Of a DNA stretch of 64,000 bases, positions 46,368 through 58,770 are shown piece after piece. The notes below the pieces were generated by a model. It worked only from the letters and a program-made list of their open reading frames with translations. It did not search any database and had not been told where the DNA came from. Both the position numbers and the translations under genes were made by a program. The stretch comes from Callorhinchus milii (taxonomy: Eukaryota), in the NCBI RefSeq assembly GCF_018977255.1, contig NW_024704743.1, positions 115,818,001 to 115,882,000 on the forward strand, given 5' to 3'. Within the stretch, counting starts at the first letter, position 1, and the number at the start of each line of letters is the position of its first letter.

Positions 46368-46731
46368 GAATAATAATAAAATTTGCATTTGATATACTGC
46401 TTTATCACATCATTGAGACGTCTCAAAGCGCTTCACAAAATATACTGGAAAGTGAATTGACTGTATGTTTTGTGGGCGAAACAGGGGAACAGCAGCATCC
46501 CACAAACAGTTGTGGATTGAGTGACCAAATCATTATTACTTTTTTGAATGGATTATTACCTCTGGAGAGCGATCCGCCAATTAACTAACAACCGTTTTCC
46601 TACTAACTGCTAGGTACACAGAGGCGTGTGGAGTAAGAAAACTTGCCTAAGCTTTTGGCCCTGCACGGGAATCAAACCCGGGTTTCCTCGCTTGCAAAGT
46701 GAGTGCTCTAACCAATACGCTAAAGGGTCTT
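46368..46731 (-). mobile_element. tRNA-derived SINE (longer variant)
   Basis: Head, body and (ATT)n tail all present. Confidence 0.8.
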
Positions 46732-47168
46732 CATCGGAAGGCATTTGTTTTACATTACATGAGGTGTCAGCCTGGCTCAGTTGGTAGCGCTCTCACCTCA
46801 GAAGGTTCAATGTCCACATCGGGGCTTGGAACTTACACAGTCTATGCTGTTACTCCAATTCAGGGCTGAGGGCCGGCATTCAGTTGAGATGTTAAACCCA
46901 GATCCCATCTGCCTGTTCAGGTGGACACTGAACATTGTGGTTCTGATTTTATGGTGATTCCCCCCCCCTTGTAATGTCGTTCACTATCTAACCTATCATT
47001 TCCTTTCATTATTTGATATCTCGCAATAAAATCACTCTCTCCCCCCTGCTTGGTGCACCCCCGTGGGATGAATTTTCTATTCATTATATAATTGCAAGCA
47101 GCTGTAGCTTATATCCACAAGGCCCTGTTTATGACTGAAGTACTTGTGTGAATGTGTGCTGAGGGTAC

Positions 47169-47405
47169 CTTGCAGGGGCAAAGCCCAGTGTGTTGTGCAC
47201 AGCTGCATTCGCCTCGTGCTGGGTCACAGCTTCCTGGTTGGGTGCCGTTAATGTTGCACATGCAGGCAATGCACTCCGGGTAGTCCCTGTAGCCCACCGC
47301 GCACTCCCTGCACGCGCCACCTCCGAACTCTGGTCTGCACGGACACTGGCCGCTCGTTCCATTGCACTGAAGACTGTCAGAACCGACCTCGCTGCAGTTA
47401 CAGGG
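47169..47405 (-). CDS. LAMA1: LAMA1 exon ~23, LE repeats
   Basis: PCNCSEVGSDSLQCNGTSGQCPCRPEFGG...CSCAQHTGLCPCK. Confidence 0.96.
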
Positions 47406-47973
47406 CTGAGTAACGGAAACAAAAGGGGAGAAACCTTTAGATGTGAGCAAATTTTACAACTCGGGAGGCCATTCGGCCCATCGTGCCTATCCCTTTCTCT
47501 GTAAGTGCAGTCCGTTTAGTTCCACTCTCCTGCCCTTTCCCCAACAACGCTGTGTTTGGTTTAGGCAGACAAACAGAAGAGTTTCTTGGTGTGAGTGGAA
47601 GGAGGGTTAAAAGCTACATTTATGACAGAACACTACATAAATTCCCATTGGATTGAAAGAAGACTTATTTCAGAAACTCTCGGTAGCATTCCTGGGCTTT
47701 GTGATTTTAGCTGGTTAAACCCCAGCATGGCCCCAATACACACTCTGGGGTCCCCCGAGCCTCTGTGAAAGGAATAGGGGAGTGGGGCGAGTCTGTCCCA
47801 GATAGAGTGGTGGTCTAATTCTATTCCTGACATGGGGAAATTCCCCTGCTTACATTGCTCTTTCAGTAGTTTGGTTTGAATACTTTTTTATGTAGTGGGT
47901 GATGTGTTTCTGTGGCACAGTTGATCAGAATTGGCTGACCAACCCCCACCCCCACCCACTACCCAACTCGTAC

Positions 47974-48110
47974 CTTACATCCGCTTTCAGGATCATGACC
48001 CCAGGAGTTAGCAGCACAAAGTTCACACTTAGCTCCCTGGGTGTGTGGTGGACAGATGCACTGGCCGGATTCGGCTGCACAGTTGTTCTGAGTGTGGACG
48101 CAGTCACAGG
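47974..48110 (-). CDS. LAMA1: LAMA1 exon ~22, LE repeat
   Basis: CDCVHTQNNCAAESGQCICPPHTQGAKCELCAANSWGHDPESGCK. Confidence 0.96.
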
Positions 48111-48605
48111 CTGTTGGCAAAGAAAAAACACATTGGGATTCAATGGGAAAAGAGTTTTGGAACATAGGAAAAGGAGGAAGGCATTCAACAACTAACAACA
48201 GCAACTTGCACTTACAAGGCGCCCGTCACACAGTGTGGTGTTTCAAAAGCCCCACCGTCGTTGGATGAGCTTTCAGACATTCTGCCCCCATTCTCTGGTA
48301 CTCCATCCCGGAGCCCCTCTGACTCCAACCCCCCATATCCCTATTCAGCTCTCTCCCCCATATCCCTTCCTGCTCTCTCCGCGTATCCTTTCCTGCTCTC
48401 TCCCCAGTATAACAATGGTAATAATAATCCTTGCATTTGATACAGCGCCTTATCAGGTCTTCGAGACGTCTCAAAGGGCTTCACAGTAATATATCGTAAA
48501 GTGGATTGACTGTGTATTTTGCGGGCAAAACGTGGCAGCCAACTTAATATAATGTAATATAATATGCTCTCCACACCACACAAACGTGTACAATAATATA
48601 CTTAC

Positions 48606-48786
48606 GTTTGCAGCCGCCATTCTGGAATCCATAATAGCCGTGTGCACAGCGGTCACACTTCTCTGCTGTCACCCCAAGCACACAGCGGCACTGCCCGTCT
48701 TCGCTACAGTCCTCAGAGATAGAGCCCAATCGGCTGCAGTTGCAAGGGACGCAGCCCAGTCCAGTGCCCAAGCCAAAATACCCATG
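48606..48786 (-). CDS. LAMA1: LAMA1 exon ~21, LE repeat
   Basis: HGYFGLGTGLGCVPCNCS...CDRCAHGYYGFQNGGCK. Confidence 0.96.
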
Positions 48787-50721
48787 CTGTTAGGTACAGT
48801 AAAAGCCTGGGTTAGGCATCAGAGCAGCGAGGCGAAAGCAAATGTAACGTCTCACTAAAAATAACACACCGTCCAGGTCCAGGAGTCAAGTGTTTTTTTT
48901 AATGTAAGACTTGTAAAAGCAAGCAGCAGGCAGGTTAGCCACATGTCACCAAATGTACCGCTCGCTGTAGCCCTGTGTCGTCACCACCATGATACAGGCT
49001 CGATTGATTCGGGAATTTTTGAGATTTTTTAATCCGAGGCAGAATTGTGGAAAATTGCTCCGAATTTGGAAGCTGGGGTTCCTGCACACACTTCTTAAAA
49101 AAGGAAACCGGCTGAATTTAAGAAGTTTCCACAATTCTGAGCCATCTTAGATTGGAAGACACACAAAAAAGTTTCGCAGCTAAGGCTGAGTGAAATTTCA
49201 GTGCCTTGCTGGTGAGCTCAAGATAAATAAATTGGTAATGACAACCATGTCGTAAGTGGTAGTGTATTTCTTACAGGGGATTTTAAACAAGATACAGTAA
49301 CATTTGTATTGTAGGGGCAGCGGGGGCTGGAGATGGTGTATTGTCCCTGATTATCCAGCGCCTTGGGATATCCTCCTGATGTGAAAGGCGCTTTACAAAC
49401 GTAATTTTGTCTTGTATTGTAATGCCACAGAAACAGGACAAGGCCATTCAGCTGGTATGTTCCAAATATATATATAGGTGCGTGCATATGTATGTATTTT
49501 ATGTATGATTGCATGTAGGTGCATGCATGTATATGCATATGTATATATGCACTTATGCTTTCTCTATCTACCTATCCATCCAATTGATTCTGCATCGCTT
49601 AACGGTCTGGGAAGCTCCCGCCCAGAAGAGAATGAATGAGCAAAATTATGGAAACATTAAGAGTGATTTGCAGGGAAAGTTCTCACCTTGAGGTTCAGTG
49701 GTTTATAAACACAGCTTCACCTTCACACTTTATTTCAACTGAGATTACTCGCCCGGTAATCCCTCCCAGGTATCCATGATTCTCCCTGCATTTAAATTCC
49801 TCGCACGGCTACAAAGCTTACAGCCATGTCTAATGAGCCTTTGCCCAGGTTGTCTGAAGTAAAGTCAAAGCATTCCATTACGGAATCAGATCCTTTCCCC
49901 AATCAGAGCCTTTATTAAACACATTGCAAACCTAAGGGTAGTGACAATGTAGTTTAGCTGATGCCTCACACACATCAATTGGGATTATTTTGCAGCACAT
50001 CAAAATAATTTACTTAAACCATTATGGGAACTGAGGTTGAAAAGTAATTCCTGTAGAATGTGCCTCTCGATGTAAACTGCACATTCCACAGTGGAAATAC
50101 AATGTACGTGCACCCCCTCACATGACCCCAGACTTCAAATCCAGGATCCCCTTCCGTTCACTGGAGAACACACTTTGTGGTGTGTGGGTCTCTCTGCAGT
50201 GGTTACAGGTTGTTCCAGTGCTGTTACCGATTGCATTACCTCACATTGCTCAGTGCAGACGTGACTTTAAACATCAAGCTGCGCTCCTGACTCGAACACA
50301 CCTGCATTCCTGTAATTTAAAGGTCTCCACCAAACAACAGCTTCCAGTTTCCTACTAGTTCAAAAAGGCAGGATGATCCTTGCAGTCAAACCTGTTCAAA
50401 CAGCCACCTCCATTTAGCAACCACCCCCATTAACAACCAGCCTGGAACAGCCCGGACAGATTTTTCCATAAAAAACACCTCGGAGGGCGGAGTGGTTCTT
50501 TTATTAGAGATGGGGGTCCCATGATTCATAGTTACTTAGATGAGGTTTCCCCTCAGAATGTGAAACTAACATTGACCTAACAATGACATAGAAAGGCTTT
50601 GCTGGTCCAACCACCTGGATTCAATGGCTCTGCTCAGTTCTCTGTCATTTCATTTCTGTGCAAAATACATGAAAGCAGAACCGTGAGATGGGGGTGGGGT
50701 TGTGCGCAACCGTGTACATAC

Positions 50722-50828
50722 CAAGCACCGGTCACACTGCACTCCCACCACGTTTGGTTTACATTCACAGCGGCCGGTCTGACGGTCACATGCCATGTGA
50801 TACGATCCGTTCACGTTACAGCCACACG
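50722..50828 (-). CDS. LAMA1: LAMA1 exon ~20, LE repeat
   Basis: CGCNVNGSYHMACDRQTGRCECKPNVVGVQCDRCL. Confidence 0.95.
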
Positions 50829-50973
50829 CTGGAAGAGAAAGTAAAGCACCATTCAAACTGTGCCTCCAGATGGCACTACACATCAACAAAATGACAGAGC
50901 AAGAAAGAGGGGCAGAGAACCAAGAGAGAGAAAGACGGAGAGAGAGACAAAGACAGAGATAGAGAGACAGATT

Positions 50974-51154
50974 TGGAGAAATCTTACTTGGGTCTAGATT
51001 TATATAAAATTTCGGAGCATCCAGGATTTGGCAAATTGTTGAATTAACTTTCAGTGAAGCAGAAAAGTGGCTTCAAATTTAAGGCCATATTTGCCGAATT
51101 CTGGACACTAAAGCGCTACACAGAGTAAATCTAGACCTAGGTGCAATTTCTCCA
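50974..51154. mobile_element. Palindromic (fold-back) MITE-like repeat
   Basis: Outer arms tggagaaatcttacttgggtctagattta / taaatctagacctaggtgcaatttctcca; inner arms tccaggatttggcaaat / atttgccgaattctgga; partial copies elsewhere in the window. Confidence 0.7.
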
Positions 51155-51639
51155 CAAGACAGAGGACGGCTGGTAAAGCTACACCAGTGATGTGCAGTGA
51201 TTTCTCAAAGGGGAAACAGATGTAAGTCATTTCGACTTGTGGGAACTCAGTTCTGAGCTCATCGAGTTTTGGAGCTGAGTTCTCGCAGGTCACAATGACA
51301 CAATTTAAGAGCTAAAAGTCCTGAATTAGAAACATCCACCTATTGGAACACCCCCCGCCCCACCCACATACACCTCTGCGAGCTCTAGTCTCTTTTAATA
51401 CAAATTCTAGTAACTCCATATGAAAGCCATTTGACTCGACAAGCTGAACGCAGTAGAGATCTTGTGGGGGAGAGAGTAAGAGTGTCCCCCTCAGCCATGA
51501 GAAATAGACTGGAGCTCCACTGTGTCATCAATGTAGAATCGTAGCGATTTCAGCATCTACTCTTCATCCCATTCCCCTCCAGAGCAATAGGAAGCTCAGC
51601 ACAGAAGGCGACCAATGTAGAAGGAGGAATAATTTTCTT

Positions 51640-51890
51640 CTATGGAAACCTTTTTCCTCATGTGTGAAGTTTGCTCTTATATACTTTGATGGTATTTGCT
51701 TCAACCACAGCTTCTGGCAGTGAGTTCCACATTCTCACTACCCTCCGTGTGAAGAAAGTTCCTCCTAAAATCCCTGCTGGACCTACCTCTGGCTACGTTA
51801 TATTCATGCCCACTAGTTTTGGGCTCACCAATAAATGGAAACAGCTTCATGAACATCCACCTCATTGAATCCTTCATGAGGTTAAGCACC
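51640..51890 (-). mobile_element. CR1 3' fragment
   Basis: KLFPFIGEPKTSGHEY...RRNFL; gtggaactcactgccagaagctgtggttgaagc on the minus strand. Confidence 0.7.
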
Positions 51891-51919
51891 TACATCGGGT
51901 GAGCTAGGTTAGGACTTAC

Positions 51920-52131
51920 CACGGCAATCTTTAGCGACGAGAGCATCGCCGTAATATCCCTCTGCGCACCGCTCACACAGCCTGCCATCAGTGTGTCCGA
52001 GGCACTTCAGACAATCTCCTGTTACGGGGTGGCAGTGCCCAGGCTCAGCAGGGTCCACGTTACCGTTGCAGAAGCATGGGCTGCACCAGCCTCCCGGGAT
52101 GCCTGGGTTTCCATAGTAACCGTCGGCACAC
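51920..52131 (-). CDS. LAMA1: LAMA1 exon ~19, LE repeats
   Basis: CADGYYGNPGIPGGWCSPCFCNGNVDP...CERCAEGYYGDALVAKDCR. Confidence 0.96.
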
Positions 52132-52934
52132 CTAGGGAGAACATTTGTGACCAGGTTTGAATGCTTAAAATTCATTCTCACACTGAACCCCTTCCTTTAA
52201 GCCCACAGGGTTACAGGGAAAAAAATGAGATATGTGATCCATCATCCCATCCTTCAGATGAGACGTTAAACCCGAGGTTCTGTCTGCCTGTTCCGATGGA
52301 TGGTAAAGATCAAGAACAACTTGGATTTATATAGCAGCCTTCACGCGGGGCTGGGTCTCGGAGCGCTTACTGGAACTGAGATCTGGTAACAAAGATTCAA
52401 GGAACTATTTGAAAAGAGAAGGGAGCTTCTCCCAGTGGGGTCATTAGCAAACTATCTCAGTACAATGTAAACTTCACTCCTGCACTTCAGAAGATCATGT
52501 GAAATCTGAAATGTTATTGCCTTTTAACGCTCCAAGGGATTCTGTAATCCTATGTAATGGATGTCATTCAAGGCAATATATCACCACCTACAACAAAATA
52601 CATTTCTGGACCAATCCATTAGATCAGAACTGGCATTGCTGGCTTTAAACTCCCGTAGGCCTGACCTAATGTGCGTCCCTAATGCTGTATCAGTGGTCTT
52701 TTATTATGCAGAACTGTCAAAAAAATCTGATTTATTATGTTTTTCTTGAAACCAAAATATTACAGCAGTATAGCAATGGAACGTCATGTAATTCAAATGC
52801 AGGTGTGGGCTTTCAGCTGGCAACACACGCACTGGCATTTAACCCTTTCTGCGCTGCTGAAAATGTCCGTCACACAACTCCTTCTGGCCATCATATATTG
52901 CTCAGATGGAAGCTGCTGGTCTTTTATTAATTAA

Positions 52935-53283
52935 TATTAATCCTTGAATTTGATCATGTCGTTGTGACGTATCAAAGGGCAATGTGCCACAAACAGCCAT
53001 GAAGTGAATGGACGATTGTTGGCCAGGATCCTGGGAGAAACTCCTTGTATTTTCAAAATAGTGCCATGGGATCTCTAACATCCATCTGAACAGGTAGGTA
53101 GGCAGACCATCAGCTTAACATCTCATCTGAACGACAGCACCTCCGACAATGTAGTGCCACCACCCCCTCACTGGGCTAGAATGGCAACCTGGGCTCTTTG
53201 AGTTCGAAGTCCGAACATGGGGCTTGAACCCATACCTCTGTGCACTCAGCAGTCAGAGTGCTAGCGACTCAGCCAAGCTGACA
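52935..53283 (-). mobile_element. DeuSINE copy
   Basis: ttaacatctcatctgaacgacagcacctccgacaatg; head gactcagccaagctgaca. Confidence 0.7.
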
Positions 53284-53482
53284 GGCGAAATGGTTTGAAG
53301 AAAGAATCCGGTGAATGTCAGAGCCTCAGAGTTTAATGCTAAGCTGAGTTGCTGACAGCCACATGGTGATGGACCGAGGCAGAAATTTTGCAAACCACAG
53401 GATGTAAAAAAAAGCGTGAACAGAGGCAAATATACACTGGAAACCATTCACCTGTCGGTCTTCCAGAGACAGTAACACTTAC

Positions 53483-53569
53483 CTGTCACATCTGGGCCCC
53501 GCATACCCCTGTCGGCACTGGTCACAGATGACTTCTCCGCCTTTGTTTAGGTGGCAGGTGGGACTGAAA
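53483..53569 (-). CDS. LAMA1: LAMA1 exon ~18, LE repeat
   Basis: FSPTCHLNKGGEVICDQCRQGYAGPRCD (hand-translated). Confidence 0.95.
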
Positions 53570-54028
53570 CTGGAGAATTTGCAGACAATGTTAAGAAATG
53601 CCTCACAGCAGAGGAATAAAACAAGAAAAAGCTTACATCAGGGCCCACGTGTCAGAGGTATCAAATTCATTAAAATGTGGGTCGTCAACAGTAACTTCTT
53701 TTTGCACCCTCCCTCCCTCCGATCCAGGATTCCATGGGCGCACATCACCCTCCGCTACTCTGACCCTGTGCGATGTAAACATGGTTTTCCCACAGAAGCG
53801 GCGCTATACATTGTGAGGAGTCCTTTCTTGGAGCGAGGCACCGCTCTGCCTTTGCAACACCCAACCTGACTGATCTCTCCCCATACACTCTGGGATCGCC
53901 TGCGACAAGAGAGCAAGGAACACTGCCTTCGCTCTCCATCCAGGCGCGCTGGAGCTGGCTCCTGGCAGCAAGCTTACAAATGGCTGCAGCGGCTTGACGT
54001 TGCGGGGCGAACATCTCCATGCGCTTAC

Positions 54029-54156
54029 TTGTTGGAGGAGATGAGCAGAGGGCAGGCGCAGGGCTTGCAGTCCTCGGGGGTCCCTTGGGTGGGATCACCA
54101 TATAAACCGGGCAGGCAACGATCGCAGTTGGGCCCGGTTGTGTTGTGCTGACAGTC
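54029..54156 (-). CDS. LAMA1: LAMA1 exon ~17, LE repeat
   Basis: [42 protein letters not shown]. Confidence 0.95.
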
Positions 54157-54833
54157 CTACAAAACAGTTGCAAAGTTTTCATCGAGAAATACATAGGGAG
54201 GGAGGTGGAGGAGGAAAAAATGACATTGTCATATCCATCAATTCAGTGCAACATCCTGTGATCTAAGATTCCTTATCGAAAAAAAAAGATATTAAGAAGG
54301 AAAACGAGACATAGTGTACTCACGATCAGTGGAACTGTTAGCTGGACACCTGGACACACAAAGCAATGCTTTAACGGCAATTGTACTGTAACCTGAGACC
54401 CATATTGGATCTGGAGACAACTCAAGATGCTGTGAAGGGACTTGTTGTCCTCAGGAGCTGAGAATGTTGCCCATAAGGAACAAAGACTGAGCTTTATTGT
54501 ATACATAGACTTGGGCATCAGGTAAAGTCCAGTTTTGTTCAACTAGCATGTGTCTCCCAGTAAAGCTGCTTCCATTACTTCTCTTCAAATCCCTTTTGGA
54601 TTCTTCCCAATTGCCCCATCATTCATAGTGTGTGGGGGGGGAGGTCAGATGATTTGAAATGGGGGGGAGAAAGGGGATGCTCCTTTCAGCTCGGAGTTTG
54701 CAGTCGCCCAGTCCCTCTCCTGCTTCCCCAAACCCCCAGGTATCCCACGACGCACCATGCTCCCCCCTCGTACCCCCTGCTCACACACTCCCGTCATCAT
54801 TTTAAATGAGCCCTACCCTACCCTACGATCCTT

Positions 54834-55220
54834 GTCAGCCTGGCTCAGTCGATATCGCTTTGGCCTCCAAATCAGAAGGTTGTGGGTTCAAGCCCCACAT
54901 CTTTGAGGTCACAGTATAGGCTGACACCTCAATACGATGCTGAGAAAGTGCTGCATTGTCAAGAGGTGTTGTGTCAATGAGACGTTGAACCGAGGCCCCG
55001 TCTGTCCATTCAGATGGACATTATTCGTAAAGAGGAGTTTCTCCCAGTGTCCTGGCCAACAATCTCCCATTCAGTTCAAGGCTGTTTGTGGGTCATTGCT
55101 GTGCACAATTTGGCATTGTGTTGCAATCACTTACAGTCACTGTACTTTGCAGTAAATCCTGTGAAGCCCTTTGAGACATCACAACGTAAAAAGGCACTAC
55201 ATGAAATGCAGAAATTATTA
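54834..55220 (+). mobile_element. DeuSINE (SacSINE1-like): tRNA-derived head, Deu core, L2-like tail
   Basis: Head gtcagcctggctcagt...ggttgtgggttcaagcccca; core gagacgttgaaccgaggccccgtctg...gtgtcctggccaaca; family name from recalled consensus. Confidence 0.75.
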
Positions 55221-55598
55221 TGCTGAGACTGTAACATCTCAATAATATATCAAATATCAAACGCTTCACATGTAGTTGTTGACAGGCATAATAATAATCA
55301 TCATAATAATCTTTACATTTGATTTAACACCTTTCACATCAGGAGGACATCTCAAAGCACTTCACAGGACCTACTGTAAAGTGTAGTGACTGTATATTTT
55401 GGAGGCGAAAGAAGCAGTAAATGGATAATTGCTCTGGGACGCTGCCCTGCATGAGGGGCACTACAAGTTATTGTTGTTGCAGTGACCAGAACAAAGCCTG
55501 CGCAACAAATTTCGTGACAGAGATCTAAGCTTCGTAAACAGGCCAGGTACTTCCCAGACTTGGGATTTCATTGGTTGATGTATTAAAGTGGGACTTAC

Positions 55599-55709
55599 TG
55601 AGCAGGCACCGTCCGTGTCGCAGTGTGTGGCGTGGCCGTTGCACTCGCACTGTTGGCAAATGCCTCCAAACAGTATCCCCCCCACACGATAAAATCCCGG
55701 GCCACAAGA
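55599..55709 (-). CDS. LAMA1: LAMA1 exon ~16, LE repeat
   Basis: SCGPGFYRVGGILFGGICQQCECNGHATHCDTDGACS. Confidence 0.96.
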
Positions 55710-56339
55710 CTGTCAAGAGGGGAAAGGAGAAAAAAAACATTAATGACAAAGTAAGGAGCTCCACCGGATAATAATCCTTGCATCTGATATAGCGCCTTAT
55801 CACGTCTTCGAGACGTCTCAAATGGCTTCACAGTTTATACTTAAAAGTGACCTAACTATATATTTTGTGGGCGAAACGCAGCAGCCACAAGGTGTCACAG
55901 ACAGATGGAAGATTGTCACAGAGAGTTACAGCACAGAGATTGTATCCCTCTTTCATAATCATTCAACATCATCTCTGAACGTCAAGCGGTTACTGAAGTT
56001 CAAAAAAAAATCAGTGAAGATCTATAGCATTACAAGCTGTCCAGGTGCTGTAAGTATGCAAAGTGACGATTTCTGGATTCGATATTTGTGCTCCAGCTTA
56101 CTTCACACAACAACCCCCCCCCCCCACACAAAATGTCAGAGGCCTGGAAACCCACATGGACAGATTTAGCACATTTTTCAATTCCGTCTTAATTTGGAAG
56201 TTCTTTTCCCGCAGTTCTTCTTAAAAAGGACCACCATCGATGCAATCTTGTTTTCACTTTGAACAGACTCTTAACAATGCAACACGTATCACAGTTTAAA
56301 ATACATCGAGTCGATTCCAAGCCCTTCACTGGGATTGTT

Positions 56340-56497
56340 GTATAGATTGGGTTTCCACCAGGATTACTGTTCAGACCTGGTTTACATTGGAATACCGAAT
56401 AGACTGTTTTTACACTGAAATTACCGTGTAGACCAGGTTTACACTGGAATAGTATATAAATCAGGTTTACACTGGAATTACTGTGTAGATCTGGTTT
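56340..56497. repeat. Degenerate ~30-bp minisatellite, about 5 units
   Basis: Unit approximates tagaccaggtttacactggaattactgtg. Confidence 0.7.
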
Positions 56498-56542
56498 GCT
56501 CTGCTGCTGTCTGTCTTTGAAAGAATTCTTAAAACTATAAAA

Positions 56543-56777
56543 TAAATAATAATAATAATAATCCTTGCATTTGATATAGCGTTTTTCACGTCGGGAGGAC
56601 GTCCCAAAGCGCTTCACAGAACACACTGTAAAGTGAATTGACTGTATATTTGTGGGCGAACGCGGCAGCCAATTGCGCACAGCAATGTCCCACAAACAAT
56701 CATATGGATTGAAAATGACCAATTTATTATTGTTTTGTTTTTTTGGAGGGATTATTATTAGGTGTGTGGAGTAAGGA
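56543..56777 (-). mobile_element. Head-less young SINE
   Basis: Near-identical to 41125-41352 but lacks the tRNA head. Confidence 0.85.
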
Positions 56778-57085
56778 TGACCCTTTAAGCAGCGGTTGGA
56801 CCATTTTTGAATGCTTCAATGCTATTGAAGAGCTGTTTACACTGCAGACTCTTCAGTAATATTAGAAAACACTAACTGATGTCCAGGCTCATTTATCAGT
56901 GTGCAGCGCAAGCTCTTATTGGTGCATTCAGAGAACAAACTCTCTTAAAACCTCAGTGAAAGCAATTTTTGAGCAGAAACTATATATCCCTTTACCGGTC
57001 TCGAGTGTTTCTACTCCTGAAGACAATCTGGCAGTATGAACAAGGTGTTAGTACCTTGCACTGTTGGCAAAGTATTGCACATTAC

Positions 57086-57197
57086 CTCACAGGAGATCCC
57101 AGTGTAACCTGGCGGACACTCGCAGTGTTCAACATCCACAGCGGGAAGAACATCGATGGCATTGGGGTTTGCTACGTCCAAGGTGACCGAGCTCAGC
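57086..57197 (-). CDS. LAMA1: LAMA1 exon ~15, L4a end/LE
   Basis: LSSVTLDVANPNAIDVLPAVDVEHCECPPGYTGISCE. Confidence 0.96.
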
Positions 57198-58558
57198 CTG
57201 AAAGCACAAATAATTGGCATCATTCCTGCCATCAAAGCCACTGATGGAGGTAAAAGGAGGTGCCAATTGAGGCATTACAGAATTTCCTCTATATGATAAT
57301 ATCATCCCCCAAAATGTGATCCTGACTACACCAATCACAAAGATCACTAGAGCGGTTTGGATGAAGAAGGCCCTTCACCCCATCTGATCCCATCATTCCA
57401 GAACATCCACCTGCCCGTCCTCCCATCACAGCATCAAGCTGATTCTTAAATGAGCCCTCGTGTCTGGCCTCAACTACCTTGGTGGTAACCCGTTTCAGTC
57501 AATAATTACTGTAAATAAATACTTCCTGGACTCTGTCCTAAAACGACCCTTTAACAGCCCTGAACCTGTGCCCTCTTATTCTGCTGCCTTGGAGCACATG
57601 TACACGTATTGTTTACTGTAGTGATTACTTTTTAAACTCTTATATGCCTTGTTCTTTGAGGCTGAGGAGCCCTTGTCATTGCTCACACTTCATTCCTCTA
57701 ACACCGGGCGGGGATCATCCTTGTTGCTCTCCCCAGCACGTGGGAGGACAAGTCTAGCTCAAGCCTGGGAGAGGAGTGCTGCTCAAACCCATCTCCTGCT
57801 TTCTGTCAGACCATCCTGGCTTGGAAACAAATCAAACCAACAGAATGATTAACCACGATAAATGCTCCACGCTTGGATAGGCTTAAGAGCAACACAATTT
57901 AATTGAGCTCTTGCCTAGTGGGTAAAGGCACAACCCGGCACAGCTCTAAACCATACAGTAACAGAGAAAGTCACAGGTTGCCTTCCTGGCCTGTGGTGCA
58001 TCAGCTGATCTCAGCTGAGCCATCAGTTACAGAGATAGCTCATCCAGTTCCCCTCTGCTTCTCCTCCTGCATAGCCAGATCTAACAGGGAAGTTACACAG
58101 ATTAAGTCTTCTATACACAGAGTATGGCGAAAGTGTCGAACTAACTGCCGGAAGCTGTAGTTGAAGCAAATGACATCAATTTATTTAAAGAAGAAACTTG
58201 ATGCACGTGGGAGGGAGAGGGAATAGGTGGGGCAGGTTATCGCATAGAGTATAGGCCTCAGTGTGGACTAATTGGGCCGAATGGTCCATTTCCGCACCAT
58301 GTAACTGTAACTCTGTATCGTTTCCTGTCCTGTGGTTACCTCTCCTACTTCTCTTTACTGATCCCGCTCCTCCCGCTCCTTCTCTTCCTGATCTGACCCT
58401 CTCGCTCTAACTCAGCCCGGCTCCTGGCAGTCGCACTCCGACCCGACCCATCTTGTGCCCAGGGTGTGGCGCGGAGCCGTGTAAAGCCCTTTGCCCACCA
58501 CTCACCGGGTGCCTGCTTCTCGCCTCGTGCATCGTGTGTCGGTGACCCAGACCCTCAC

Positions 58559-58770
58559 CTGTAGATGGCTTTTCTGGCCACATTGTAACTGGCCCGGATT
58601 TGCAGACGTGTCACATTCGCCAGGACGGTCATCAGCCTGTCACGGTCTATGGGATTGTCTGTAACCAGGTCCACAAAGTTCTCAGGCAGCAGCCTGACAG
58701 CGACGCTCTGTTCCTCATATGGCTGGAGCAGGAGGCCGTCGGAGCCTGTGCTCAGGGTCCGTCCGTTTCC
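58559..58770 (-). CDS. LAMA1: LAMA1 exon ~14, L4a
   Basis: GNGRTLSTGSDGLLLQPYEE...IDRDRLMTVLANVTRLQIRASYNVARKAIY. Confidence 0.96.
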
